Virus record (IMG/VR): IMGVR_UViG_3300005521_000001
From: an uncultured virus (IMG/VR IMGVR_UViG_3300005521_000001)
Lineage: Duplodnaviria > Heunggongvirae > Uroviricota > Caudoviricetes
DNA length: 64,000 bases
Strand: one strand, 5' to 3'
The notes under the pieces were generated by a model. It ran no database searches. It was not told where the DNA came from and saw only the letters and a list, made by a program, of their open reading frames with translations. Shown here one piece after another: positions 19,861 through 28,337 of this stretch. Position 1 is the stretch's first letter. Each line of letters begins with the position of its first letter. The translations under genes and the position numbers were made by a program.

Positions 19861-20760
19861 CTACTCCGTTATTAATGTAGCCTTATCAACTGCCTTCCAA
19901 AAGCGTTCTTGTGATGGATTCTCCAAACGGAACGGTTTACACGCTCTGGATTTCTTAATCGAAGCAAAATGCCTCGACTCCAATGAACCTCCTTTAGTGC
20001 GTTGTTGTTGAGTCATTTCAATTATCCAGTCAAATAACGGGTCGGTCATGTCAGGTCGCCCTGCGGCCAAAACAACACGGTTCTCGTTAGGAGTTCCATA
20101 GTTTTCAGTTTTGGTTTTCAAAAGAACCGTTGATAAGAAATGGTAGCCATAGATTTCACCTGCTATCTTCAACCGCTCGTATGGCGAATAGAATAGTTTG
20201 TTGATAACCTTGTAAGCGTGCATTTGTCCTTCCGCATAAGCAGGTAGTGTCTTTTTACCTTGACTCATAGCCTCTTGTTGCCTTGATAGCAATAACTCGC
20301 CCTCGGACATACCATGAACCGATGTTGAATAATGTTCTCGACAAGCCAAGTAATATGCCCCTTCATTCTCCATCACCATAACTCTAACACCGTCGGGGTG
20401 TTCTTCCTTATGTTGTCTCATCAAATCAATAAAAGCCAATGATATATCATTTACTTCATCAGGAGTTCGACATACTTTTCTCAATATGCGACTTCTAAGA
20501 TTAGGTGGAACAATTTCATCTCTTGCTATTAAATCAGCCTGTCCTTCTAAGTCACAATCAACAATACACATTAAAGCCTCTTCTGGTTTAAGTGAGGAAG
20601 ATTTATCACTAAAAAATTGTAGTGCAAAGGTGGATTTCCCGCTACCGGAGAAACCTTGTATCTTCATATGTCTTGTTCTATTCTTAATCATGCTTTCGCC
20701 TGTATCACATGATGCGATAAGTGATGCATAGTTTTCAGCCTTCTTTTTACTTCGTGCCAT
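19861..20760 (-). CDS. RecA-superfamily P-loop ATPase (Sak4/AAA_24-like)
   Basis: Walker A GFSGSGKST and IVDCDLEG; lies between the SSB and the exonuclease. Start is 19 nt from the motif at 20779. Confidence 0.72.
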   Translation of the reverse strand: MARSKKKAENYASLIASCDTGESMIKNRTRHMKIQGFSGSGKSTFALQFFSDKSSSLKPEEALMCIVDCDLEGQADLIARDEIVPPNLRSRILRKVCRTPDEVNDISLAFIDLMRQHKEEHPDGVRVMVMENEGAYYLACREHYSTSVHGMSEGELLLSRQQEAMSQGKKTLPAYAEGQMHAYKVINKLFYSPYERLKIAGEIYGYHFLSTVLLKTKTENYGTPNENRVVLAAGRPDMTDPLFDWIIEMTQQQRTKGGSLESRHFASIKKSRACKPFRLENPSQERFWKAVDKATLITE

Positions 20761-20778
20761 ATATTGAGAGTCTATACC

Positions 20779-20790
20779 CACCTATATAAG
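20779..20790 (-). promoter_or_regulatory. representative class I leaderless promoter
   Basis: CTTATATAGGTG with the TATA element starting 29 nt before ATG 20760. Confidence 0.8.
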
Positions 20791-20795
20791 GGGCA

Positions 20796-21083
20796 TTAAT
20801 CCCAAATCTCATCGAAGGTAGGTTCTCTTGCTTTGCCTTCAAGCATCTTTGTTATCATTCTAAAGTTAGTAATTTCAACCTTTCTAATTGCTTCTAATTG
20901 ACGGCCAATTTTTCTTGCTATGTGAGCGGGTCTTTCACCGTCACAATGTAAGTTTTCAGGAGAAAGTTTACAATCTATATCTAAGATATGTGCCAAGCAT
21001 CTTTCTTTCTCTTCATTCAATTCGTAAATTTCCCAATCTTGCAGGGTTCTGTTAGGGTCGCCTTTCATGCTTCTTGTCGCCAT
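20796..21083 (-). CDS. hypothetical protein
   Basis: 95 aa with a class I motif at 21102. Confidence 0.7.
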   Translation of the reverse strand: MATRSMKGDPNRTLQDWEIYELNEEKERCLAHILDIDCKLSPENLHCDGERPAHIARKIGRQLEAIRKVEITNFRMITKMLEGKAREPTFDEIWD

Positions 21084-21131
21084 GTTTAGTCCTATACGAT
21101 GCCCCTATATAAGGGTATCGCCTATAATAGG

Positions 21132-21318
21132 TGGGGGCAACCTCCGTGTATGGCAACACAACCCAAAATCCCCCGATAAGTAAGTAGTGAGGTTGCACCC
21201 CATGTAAAGGGGGTGGGGTGGCCGTTGGTAATTCGGAGGGAAAATGAAGTTTGGTGCAAAAGAAACAAAAAAATACCCGCCCTGATGAAGGCAACTACCA
21301 ACGCCCGATGACTGGCCA
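21132..21318 (-). other. structured 3' region of the SSB gene with a U-rich tract
   Basis: Stems 21296-21303/21223-21230 and 21189-21202/21132-21144; U-tract at 21258-21273. Confidence 0.5.
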
Positions 21319-22497
21319 TCAATCCCAGTCGTCATCCCATTCGTCGTCATCACCGGAAGTCCATTCGCCTTCGGCTTTCGCCTCTGGAGTTTTCCCTTCC
21401 TTCTTTGACTCCGATTGAGTAGGAGTAGGTTTTTCTTCAACCACTTCTTCCTTGACTTCTTCCTTGACTTCTTCCTTGACTTCCTCTTTCGATTTGTCGT
21501 CATCGTCGTCATCAAGGTCAATAGTTTCAACAGTGTCATTGTTAAAGTATGAAGAAGCATCGTCGCCCGAATCATCACCTGTGCTTGGTGTTTCAGGCTT
21601 TGGTGGAGCAATTGTAATAATTCCAACCGCACTTTCTATCGTAGCCGATAGGCCGTATTGCTCGGACATTGAGGTTGTGACTAAAGCCAATACTTCGGAG
21701 TATTTACCAAATGAATTAGCAGTAGTGGCTGAACAAAGAGCGTTGAGTAATAGGTTTTCACCTGACTCTATCGCTTCAATGGTCATTGTTGATTCGTCTT
21801 TCAACAACATTTTACCAAATGTATTACCTGTTTTAGATTGTTGAACCCCCGAATAAGAAACAGTAGCCTCAACCAAACGGTAGTCATTTCTATTTCTGGA
21901 AATATCATTCTCTAATTCAGCAATTGGAGTAATGTCGTATGTATCTCGGAGCAATTGAACCTTGTCTCCATGACCCTTAAATTCCTCTTCAACAAATACT
22001 GTCATGCCTGATAAGGGGCGTAGGTCAAGAATATCAAGGTCAAGGTTTCGACATGAAACTGGCGCACTGTATGTTCCACCTTGAACCATGTCGTCAGCCA
22101 ATGAAGCATCTTCATCCCATAGACCCATCTTGAATAGAGCAGGTGACATGGTTGAATCTCCATCTTCAATTACAACAGAGCCAAATACATTAGCCATAGC
22201 ACGGCCATTTCTTAGTATTCTGGATTCACAAGTCCAAATATCCATGTGAGCCACATAGGATTTCTGTCTTAGCATTGATGATAAGTCGGACATAATACAG
22301 TTCGCTACAAATCTCTGTGCGCTTGCAGTTTTAATTCCGCCTAAATCGGCAATTGATTCTTTTAGTTCCTGTGCCTTTTTCTTGAACATTAGAGCAACGG
22401 GTTGTTCATCGGCAAATATGCCATTTTGAACCCCTTTGTCTATGAAAGGTTGTAGTCTCTGTTTTACGCTTTTTGGTAGTGTCGCTTTTTTCGCCAT
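21319..22497 (-). CDS. single-stranded DNA-binding protein (RPA-like OB folds, acidic tail)
   Basis: OB-fold-like segments (KMGLWDE, GKMLLKDES) and a very acidic tail with EEVK repeats ending DDDWD. SD GAAGTGA precedes 22497; promoter at 22529. Confidence 0.7.
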   Translation of the reverse strand: MAKKATLPKSVKQRLQPFIDKGVQNGIFADEQPVALMFKKKAQELKESIADLGGIKTASAQRFVANCIMSDLSSMLRQKSYVAHMDIWTCESRILRNGRAMANVFGSVVIEDGDSTMSPALFKMGLWDEDASLADDMVQGGTYSAPVSCRNLDLDILDLRPLSGMTVFVEEEFKGHGDKVQLLRDTYDITPIAELENDISRNRNDYRLVEATVSYSGVQQSKTGNTFGKMLLKDESTMTIEAIESGENLLLNALCSATTANSFGKYSEVLALVTTSMSEQYGLSATIESAVGIITIAPPKPETPSTGDDSGDDASSYFNNDTVETIDLDDDDDDKSKEEVKEEVKEEVKEEVVEEKPTPTQSESKKEGKTPEAKAEGEWTSGDDDEWDDDWD

Positions 22498-22547
22498 AAT
22501 ATCACTTCGTATTCTGTCCTTTACTCCCCACCTATATGAAGGAATAC

Positions 22548-24542
22548 TCAATTTTCACCCGTATTGTCATCTAAAGACTCTATTTGAGCATTTAGCATGG
22601 CTTCCCATAGTTCGTCATCTTCGGGTGCTATCTCCTTTGAACTGGTTTTGATGTTCTCGATAACTTCTCTGCGCTTGCTTAATTTGTCTGTGGCTATGTT
22701 TTCACCACTAAACCATGCTGAACCTGAAAATAAATTCTTTTTGTGTTTTGAATTTCCTATTACTTCATCTATCAAGGAGTTTTTACCTTGTGGTCTAAGA
22801 TAGGTTGGTAAAAATAGTGACCTCCAAATACTCGATTGTTCTTTAGATATACAACCAATTGACTTTAGGTTATGTTTATCCGACCCCTTTATTGGATGAA
22901 TAATACTGGCTTTTACTGCCTGTTGTAATATGTCATCGTATTCTTCTATTATATCTGGAAGTTTGTTTCTCGCCGCTTCAACAAATAATGGTGCAAGTGC
23001 ATAATCATCCATCAAACCTGCTTTGGCTTTGACTATTTTGTATGTCTTTCTTCCACCGCCTCTGCCACCGCCTCTGCGACTAACTTCAACCAACCCTGCA
23101 TCTTCTAAGGTTGGCAGGTGCTTTTCCTTCAAGGCATTCTTAGTAGTGCTAAAAGCGTGAATACTCAACCATTGTAGTATGTTGTCCTCCGTCAAAGACC
23201 GTCTTGCTTCTTGCATGGCATTCATTTGTTGAAATACGGTCCATGTTCCATCAGGAACTCCCGATAAACTCGCTCTTAGAACAAGGTCACAAAGTAGTAG
23301 CCCAATTACATTATCTTCAATTGAGGATAGCAAAAATTCTTGTCCATCGTCAGTTTTTTGAACTGGTCGTTGTTTTTGGTGCAATAAACTAACCGCATCT
23401 ATTATTGACAATACTTTTCCTATATCCCTTTGGTGTTGAGCATTTCTTGCAGGGAAGAAGTCAGCCATTAGAGGGGCGAATATGTTCCTAACTTTGTATT
23501 GAGTTAGTCCGAGCATAGACGCTTGTAGCAGTTTCAAATCTGGATGAATAGTAAATTTCTCCGGTCTTGCTTTTTGCATTAACGCATTTTTGACAACACT
23601 ATCAACCTTCTCAATCGTGGTATCGGGGGTCATAATCAATTGACGGGTTATCTGTTCAGCCTCGCTTGGATTTCTTGTAGTCAGGGTGATAAATGACGGC
23701 CTTCCTCTTATGATGAAGTCTTTTGTTTCTATTTCGCCCGATAACTCATTCTTAATCGGAGTTTTCCAAACTAACTCATCATCGTCACCGCTCATAATCG
23801 GTTTCATTTTTTTGATAAAAGCGTATGATTCATCCTTTTCCAAGACAACAATACAACGCCCATCAACATTGACAATAAAATTTCCTTCTTCATCAATCTC
23901 ATCGTAGTCGTATTTCAATGCCTCTTTCGATGCACCCGCTAAAACCATTATCATGCTCTTAGGAAAACCGTTTCTCGCCGTCAGGGTCATGTATGTTTTC
24001 CCACTGGCCGACTGTCCTATCATTTCAAGATTAAGTGGATTGTCGGTCTTACAAGACAAGAAAACAAGGAAGGTTAGCATCAGGTTTGCATCATCACCAA
24101 CAAACGGTGTTTCTCTTGATTCGTGGAGAATTGAATTTACCTTATCCAACAAATGTTGTTCACCTAAAAATTTGTTAATGGTATTCTCTTCAATAGCCCC
24201 ATAAGTGCTTTCTTCGCCTTCAAAGGTTTCAGTCTCAACTTGAATTTTATCTTTCATCGGGGCAGGTGTATATTTTCCATCCCGAAGTATAGTTCCGGCT
24301 TGTAGGAAGTCATCTGTAAAATCTTTAGAATCAACAATACCTGCACTTTTAGCAAGTCGGGCGATTGAGTGTTGGGATAGGACATTTACCTTGCCTTGAG
24401 GCTTTTCGTCTATCTCAACCGCAAACTCCATCCTACCCTTTGTTGATGTAAGGAAGGTCAAAGATATGCTTATGTCGCCCGATTCAAACTCAAATACGGT
24501 TGAAGATTCGGGGGATTGTTTTACTTCAAGGTCAGTCGCCAT
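22548..24542 (-). CDS. MCM-like AAA+ ATPase, putative replicative helicase
   Basis: PLNLEMIGQSASGKT Walker A, acidic Walker B-like VVLEKDE, EQITR (candidate Arg finger) and a wHTH-like C-terminal region; next to the SSB. Confidence 0.65.
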   Translation of the reverse strand: MATDLEVKQSPESSTVFEFESGDISISLTFLTSTKGRMEFAVEIDEKPQGKVNVLSQHSIARLAKSAGIVDSKDFTDDFLQAGTILRDGKYTPAPMKDKIQVETETFEGEESTYGAIEENTINKFLGEQHLLDKVNSILHESRETPFVGDDANLMLTFLVFLSCKTDNPLNLEMIGQSASGKTYMTLTARNGFPKSMIMVLAGASKEALKYDYDEIDEEGNFIVNVDGRCIVVLEKDESYAFIKKMKPIMSGDDDELVWKTPIKNELSGEIETKDFIIRGRPSFITLTTRNPSEAEQITRQLIMTPDTTIEKVDSVVKNALMQKARPEKFTIHPDLKLLQASMLGLTQYKVRNIFAPLMADFFPARNAQHQRDIGKVLSIIDAVSLLHQKQRPVQKTDDGQEFLLSSIEDNVIGLLLCDLVLRASLSGVPDGTWTVFQQMNAMQEARRSLTEDNILQWLSIHAFSTTKNALKEKHLPTLEDAGLVEVSRRGGGRGGGRKTYKIVKAKAGLMDDYALAPLFVEAARNKLPDIIEEYDDILQQAVKASIIHPIKGSDKHNLKSIGCISKEQSSIWRSLFLPTYLRPQGKNSLIDEVIGNSKHKKNLFSGSAWFSGENIATDKLSKRREVIENIKTSSKEIAPEDDELWEAMLNAQIESLDDNTGEN

Positions 24543-24594
24543 ATCTGTCAAGGTGAATACCCACCATTATGAATTAATCCTTCAAACCACTCTC

Positions 24595-24690
24595 TTTAGT
24601 TTATACATATATGTTATCTGTTATGTGTGTGTGTTAGTATGTGTTGTAGTATGAATAATTAGGATAACCCCCTAAAGGGGGTTAAAGAAT
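24595..24690. other. candidate replication origin (low-complexity AT/TG tract plus a 9-bp inverted repeat)
   Basis: TATGTG/TAGTATG repeats at 24600-24655 and TAACCCCCT-AA-AGGGGGTTA at 24665-24684, upstream of the helicase. Confidence 0.35.
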
Positions 24691-24787
24691 CAGACAATTG
24701 CAGGGTTTGAACCGTTAAGGTCTTTCAAAACTATATGCAAGAAAAACACTTGGCGACAAAAACACCAATTAATTGTAATCATTAATT

Positions 24788-25076
24788 GAAAAAGTGTAAG
24801 GGGGCAAATTGCCTAATCGGGTATGCCCCCCTACGGGGCGAAGGCCGTTAAGGTAGGTCAGTCTGCAAGCCAGTTTAGTGATGCAACAACTGCGCCATTC
24901 TTGGTCAAGCAAATTCAATTGGCGGCCAACCCTTCGTTTGCTTACCTACCCATGCTATGTCATATCCCGCCCTGCTCGGCATCACCCGTTAGGTCAGTAT
25001 GGCTTTCAAGTCTTGCACGGCCACCCAAACTTATACCAGTCCGAGTGTTCTTCGGTGGGGGGTTTGACTCCCCTAC
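24788..25076 (-). ncRNA. candidate structured, pseudoknotted ncRNA B (about 285 nt)
   Basis: Class I promoter at 25095 with no ATG. The predicted +1 G (25076) opens an imperfect terminal stem with 24796-24808, followed by UUUUU. Several nested helices and one crossing helix. Confidence 0.65.
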
Positions 25077-25094
25077 AAACTACCCTATCAGTCG

Positions 25095-25118
25095 CCCCTA
25101 TATAAAGGTGTCGCCTAT
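25095..25118 (-). promoter_or_regulatory. class I promoter driving ncRNA B
   Basis: Minus strand ATAGGCGACACC-TTTATATAGGGG. Confidence 0.75.
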
Positions 25119-26953
25119 TAGTTAGATAAATCCAATGCCATTTGTAAAGTTCTTGTCAAATCGGCTGACTCTCTTCCTACTGTCAAAGTCATAGATGGTG
25201 GGCTTCCAACAGTGTAAGACCATGTGACACCCATTATTCTATGAACTCCTGACACGCCTGTTGTAGCAAATTCCATAGCATCACCGACTCTAATGTCAAA
25301 TGTCGAAGGAATACCATCAATTTGATACCTAACTTTTGTTCTTCCAATGTTATTTAACATCAATTTTGCATATTTACTTGCTTGAATATCAGTTTGAACT
25401 GACTTTTCTTTGAATATCCTTTGAACTGGTCTTGAAGGGTAAATGGCACTATTCAATGGTGGATATGTATAATTTATTCCGGCTTCTTCATTGATTACAA
25501 TAACTACATTGAAGAAGTCCAAATCCCCTTTGTCTTGTTGAACATTGGTCGGGTAAAAGTCCAAAGGAACGGCAGTTCTTGGTAAACTACCGCCTTTTAA
25601 TGGTTGAAGATTCGGGTCTGTCAAATCTTGAAGTATTTTGATATTAACATACCCATTATTTTCAGCCTTGACTGTGTGAATTTTAGGAGCGGCATTCATA
25701 AAATTCAAAACCGTTTGACAAGCACTTAAAATTGATTTATTCTCTAATTTAAGTGAATTAGAAACAATAACATTTGATTGAACAAGTATTGTATCTATGG
25801 GAATTGGGGTTGAAGTCATGGATATTAAATTTTTCAGAACCCCTGCTCCGTCAATTGTTGTAGTTAATTTGGTTGCTTGAACTATTTCATTCGATAGGTA
25901 GCCGAGAGTGTCTAAGCATGTGATAGTTATTTGATTTCCACTTTCTAACAAATCTGATACATATCCTGTGAAAATTAAAGGTGGAGAACTCCAACTATGG
26001 GGTGCAAGATAACATTGTATTGTATCACCAATGTTCACAATCCCTTCTCTTCTCCCCCCGATACTTGAAACAGAGATGGTCATGTTTCGTGGTGCATTCA
26101 TTTGCTCGGACATAGAGATTCCTGTTATTCCTTTCAATATCCCCAAACCATTGACAACAATAAGTGGACATGACGGGGTTGCTTCATCTTCCGATATGTC
26201 ACCATAGATATTGCGATACATTACTTGTCTTGACCGTGCAAAAAATACCCTATGTCTCCATCCATTTCTTAATCCACCAAGTCTCATTGACTTTGGCCTA
26301 AATTGATATTTTAACCCCTCTGGATTCCAACCGCCATTTGTGAAACCTAAATCTCCTAAATCGAACTCTAATGCTCCGTCTTGAATACTCGATGGTTCGT
26401 TATTTGAAAAGGGGGTTGTAGTAAATGCAAACCCACCCCTTGAACCTCCACCCCTCCTTGTTGTTAGGTCATAACTGTCATCTAATGGTGATGAAGTATA
26501 ATAGTTAAAACCAAAACCCGTGACCGTTCCATTGCCGAGCGGGGTTGTTGGATTGGATGCAGTATTTTTGAATATCTGTGGGTCAAAAGGTCTTGGCACG
26601 GCCAAACTTGTATAACAAACAGTTTCTATCTTGTCTTGGACATAACTACCGCCTATGTCGGATGGAAAAGGTATCAAGGCCAAACCGAAGTCATCTGGAA
26701 AATGCATTGGCCTCTCCATTAGTTCTTTCTCACTTGGAGAAGAGGCTATCGGAGATGAATGCTCAATGATACCTTGTTTAACTGTTTCAGCGTAGGTTCT
26801 TGAAACCCATCTGGCAATAGCAGTTTTTGGTATTCTGTGGTCTTGGGCTATTTCGTCAATATCAGTTTGCATATCGCTTGGTGGTAGTATGTAAGCAAAA
26901 CCATCTTCCGGCTTCCTAACAATCCTATTATACCGCTCAATAGCATCGGACAT
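25118..26953 (-). CDS. tail hub / baseplate protein (gpD/gp27-like C-terminal half)
   Basis: MSEQMNAPRNMTISV..NIGDTIQ..IFTGYVSD..ITITCLDTLGYL and DIRVGD..HRIMGVTWSY patterns; class II-like promoter. Confidence 0.7.
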   Translation of the reverse strand: MSDAIERYNRIVRKPEDGFAYILPPSDMQTDIDEIAQDHRIPKTAIARWVSRTYAETVKQGIIEHSSPIASSPSEKELMERPMHFPDDFGLALIPFPSDIGGSYVQDKIETVCYTSLAVPRPFDPQIFKNTASNPTTPLGNGTVTGFGFNYYTSSPLDDSYDLTTRRGGGSRGGFAFTTTPFSNNEPSSIQDGALEFDLGDLGFTNGGWNPEGLKYQFRPKSMRLGGLRNGWRHRVFFARSRQVMYRNIYGDISEDEATPSCPLIVVNGLGILKGITGISMSEQMNAPRNMTISVSSIGGRREGIVNIGDTIQCYLAPHSWSSPPLIFTGYVSDLLESGNQITITCLDTLGYLSNEIVQATKLTTTIDGAGVLKNLISMTSTPIPIDTILVQSNVIVSNSLKLENKSILSACQTVLNFMNAAPKIHTVKAENNGYVNIKILQDLTDPNLQPLKGGSLPRTAVPLDFYPTNVQQDKGDLDFFNVVIVINEEAGINYTYPPLNSAIYPSRPVQRIFKEKSVQTDIQASKYAKLMLNNIGRTKVRYQIDGIPSTFDIRVGDAMEFATTGVSGVHRIMGVTWSYTVGSPPSMTLTVGRESADLTRTLQMALDLSN

Positions 26954-26962
26954 ATTGTATGC

Positions 26963-27253
26963 TTATTGGTTATCGTTATTAACCATTTTAGGGATAAATG
27001 TTTTACCTTCTCCCCTTTTACCTGTGGTTGAAGTGTCAGTGGGTGTGGTGAAAGATTTACCTTCATTTCTTACACCTGTTAAACAATACATAATTTTCCC
27101 TTTCTCTGCATTCCATGCGTAAACCTTGTCGCCTATAAACAATTTGCTAACCGCACCTTGTTTTCTATCTGGTCTAAATTCTTCAATCTCTTTCTTAACT
27201 GCGTCGCACCCAATGGTGAACCATTCTTCGGCATCTCTTGCTTCTTTGTCCAT
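26963..27253 (-). CDS. hypothetical protein
   Basis: Class I motif at 27272, 19 nt from the ATG. Confidence 0.7.
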   Translation of the reverse strand: MDKEARDAEEWFTIGCDAVKKEIEEFRPDRKQGAVSKLFIGDKVYAWNAEKGKIMYCLTGVRNEGKSFTTPTDTSTTGKRGEGKTFIPKMVNNDNQ

Positions 27254-27297
27254 GTTTCATCCTATGGGTCACTCCTATATAAAGGTGTCGTATATAT

Positions 27298-27420
27298 TCA
27301 CTTTTTAGTGAACCATTTCATGTCTGTATTCCATTTAGCGTGGCACTTCCGGCATATCAATTGGACTTTATCACCAAAGGAATTACCTCTAACAGAACCT
27401 TTGCACTTAGGGCATTTCAT
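27298..27420 (-). CDS. 40-aa zinc-finger microprotein (CPKC..CRKC)
   Basis: Translated by hand as MKCPKCKGSVRGNSFGDKVQLICRKCHAKWNTDMKWFTKK; ATGA-coupled. Confidence 0.65.
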   Translation of the reverse strand: MKCPKCKGSVRGNSFGDKVQLICRKCHAKWNTDMKWFTKK

Positions 27421-27935
27421 ACAGTCCACCAATCAGGTTTCTCCCGACCACAATTCCACTTCATAACAAAGTGGGGTTCGATTAACATGTAATATCGTCT
27501 ATTGGCCTCTTCACCACTCCAACCGACCATATCTTTCTTCATTTCTTGAGTCAAAAATTCTTCGTTAAAATCTTTTGGCGGAACTGATAATTTACCTCTT
27601 TTTACATATCGCCTTAAACTATTTGCATCTATCTCTATGTAATGTGGCTCAAGAGGATGAGATTTACCAAATCTAAGTTTAAACTCTCGGCATAGTGCCA
27701 ATCCCCATTCTAAAGTCCAAATAAAATTATTCCTTGTTCTTTTAGCCCAATTAAAAGATATAGTATTTAGACGATAATGCTTTGGGCGAGTGTTTGGGAG
27801 TCTATGTTCAGGACAACCTGCATCTTTCAAAACCGTTAGTAGTATATGAAATGCAAACTCTGTTTTAGTTAAAATATCACTGTCGCATAAATCCTGTGCT
27901 GAAAGAACTGGATTCGCATTGGTGTATATTATCAT
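27417..27935 (-). CDS. pyrimidine-dimer DNA glycosylase-like protein (divergent)
   Basis: NPVLSAQDLCD, W..RTRNNFIW..GLALCREF..RFGKSH, NRRYY and PDWW resemble the DenV-related phage family. Confidence 0.55.
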   Translation of the reverse strand: MIIYTNANPVLSAQDLCDSDILTKTEFAFHILLTVLKDAGCPEHRLPNTRPKHYRLNTISFNWAKRTRNNFIWTLEWGLALCREFKLRFGKSHPLEPHYIEIDANSLRRYVKRGKLSVPPKDFNEEFLTQEMKKDMVGWSGEEANRRYYMLIEPHFVMKWNCGREKPDWWTV

Positions 27936-28045
27936 TTTATCGCCCTTTCGTATCTATCTAACAACATAGAAGCCAATTCATCTTGACCTAAATGTTGTAT
28001 GATTGTTATTGCATCTATCGCTATCTTTTGTATTGAATCATTCAT
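27932..28045 (-). CDS. 37-aa microprotein
   Basis: Translated by hand; ATGA overlaps at both ends. Confidence 0.55.
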   Translation of the reverse strand: MNDSIQKIAIDAITIIQHLGQDELASMLLDRYERAIK

Positions 28046-28122
28046 AATGAAGCCTCTTCAAACTCTTCGTAAATGTATTCCTCTGTTTCTATTCTAATTT
28101 TTAATACGGGTTCATTCGACAT
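28042..28122 (-). CDS. 26-aa acidic microprotein
   Basis: Translated by hand as MSNEPVLKIRIETEEYIYEEFEEASL; fills a gap in the coupled chain. Confidence 0.4.
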   Translation of the reverse strand: MSNEPVLKIRIETEEYIYEEFEEASL

Positions 28123-28300
28123 TACAAATGCCTCCTATTACTACAATTGGCATCTGTCGGTGATTTGCTTTTGCTAATTCAACTGCGCTATGTTCGTCAG
28201 GTATGCTACAATCAACAAGTGCCATCATAAACATAGCCCTGCTGATATACGGCATTGGGTCATTTTTCTTTGGCATTTTGAACTTCATTGGGTTGGTCAT
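28112..28300 (-). CDS. small hypothetical protein
   Basis: Class I motif at 28319, 19 nt from the ATG. Confidence 0.65.
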   Translation of the reverse strand: MTNPMKFKMPKKNDPMPYISRAMFMMALVDCSIPDEHSAVELAKANHRQMPIVVIGGICNVE

Positions 28301-28337
28301 GTATGTCCGTTAGTGGCTCACCTATATAACATCTTCC

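Noticed and set aside
21105..21632. 175-aa alternative-frame ORF with KKSR repeats
   Set aside because: It is a frame shadow of the SSB EEVK repeats.
24823..25125. Plus-strand ORFs 24823..25125 and 24878..25105
   Set aside because: They oppose the genome orientation, run through the promoter, and are the kind of open frame expected by chance in a GC-rich block.
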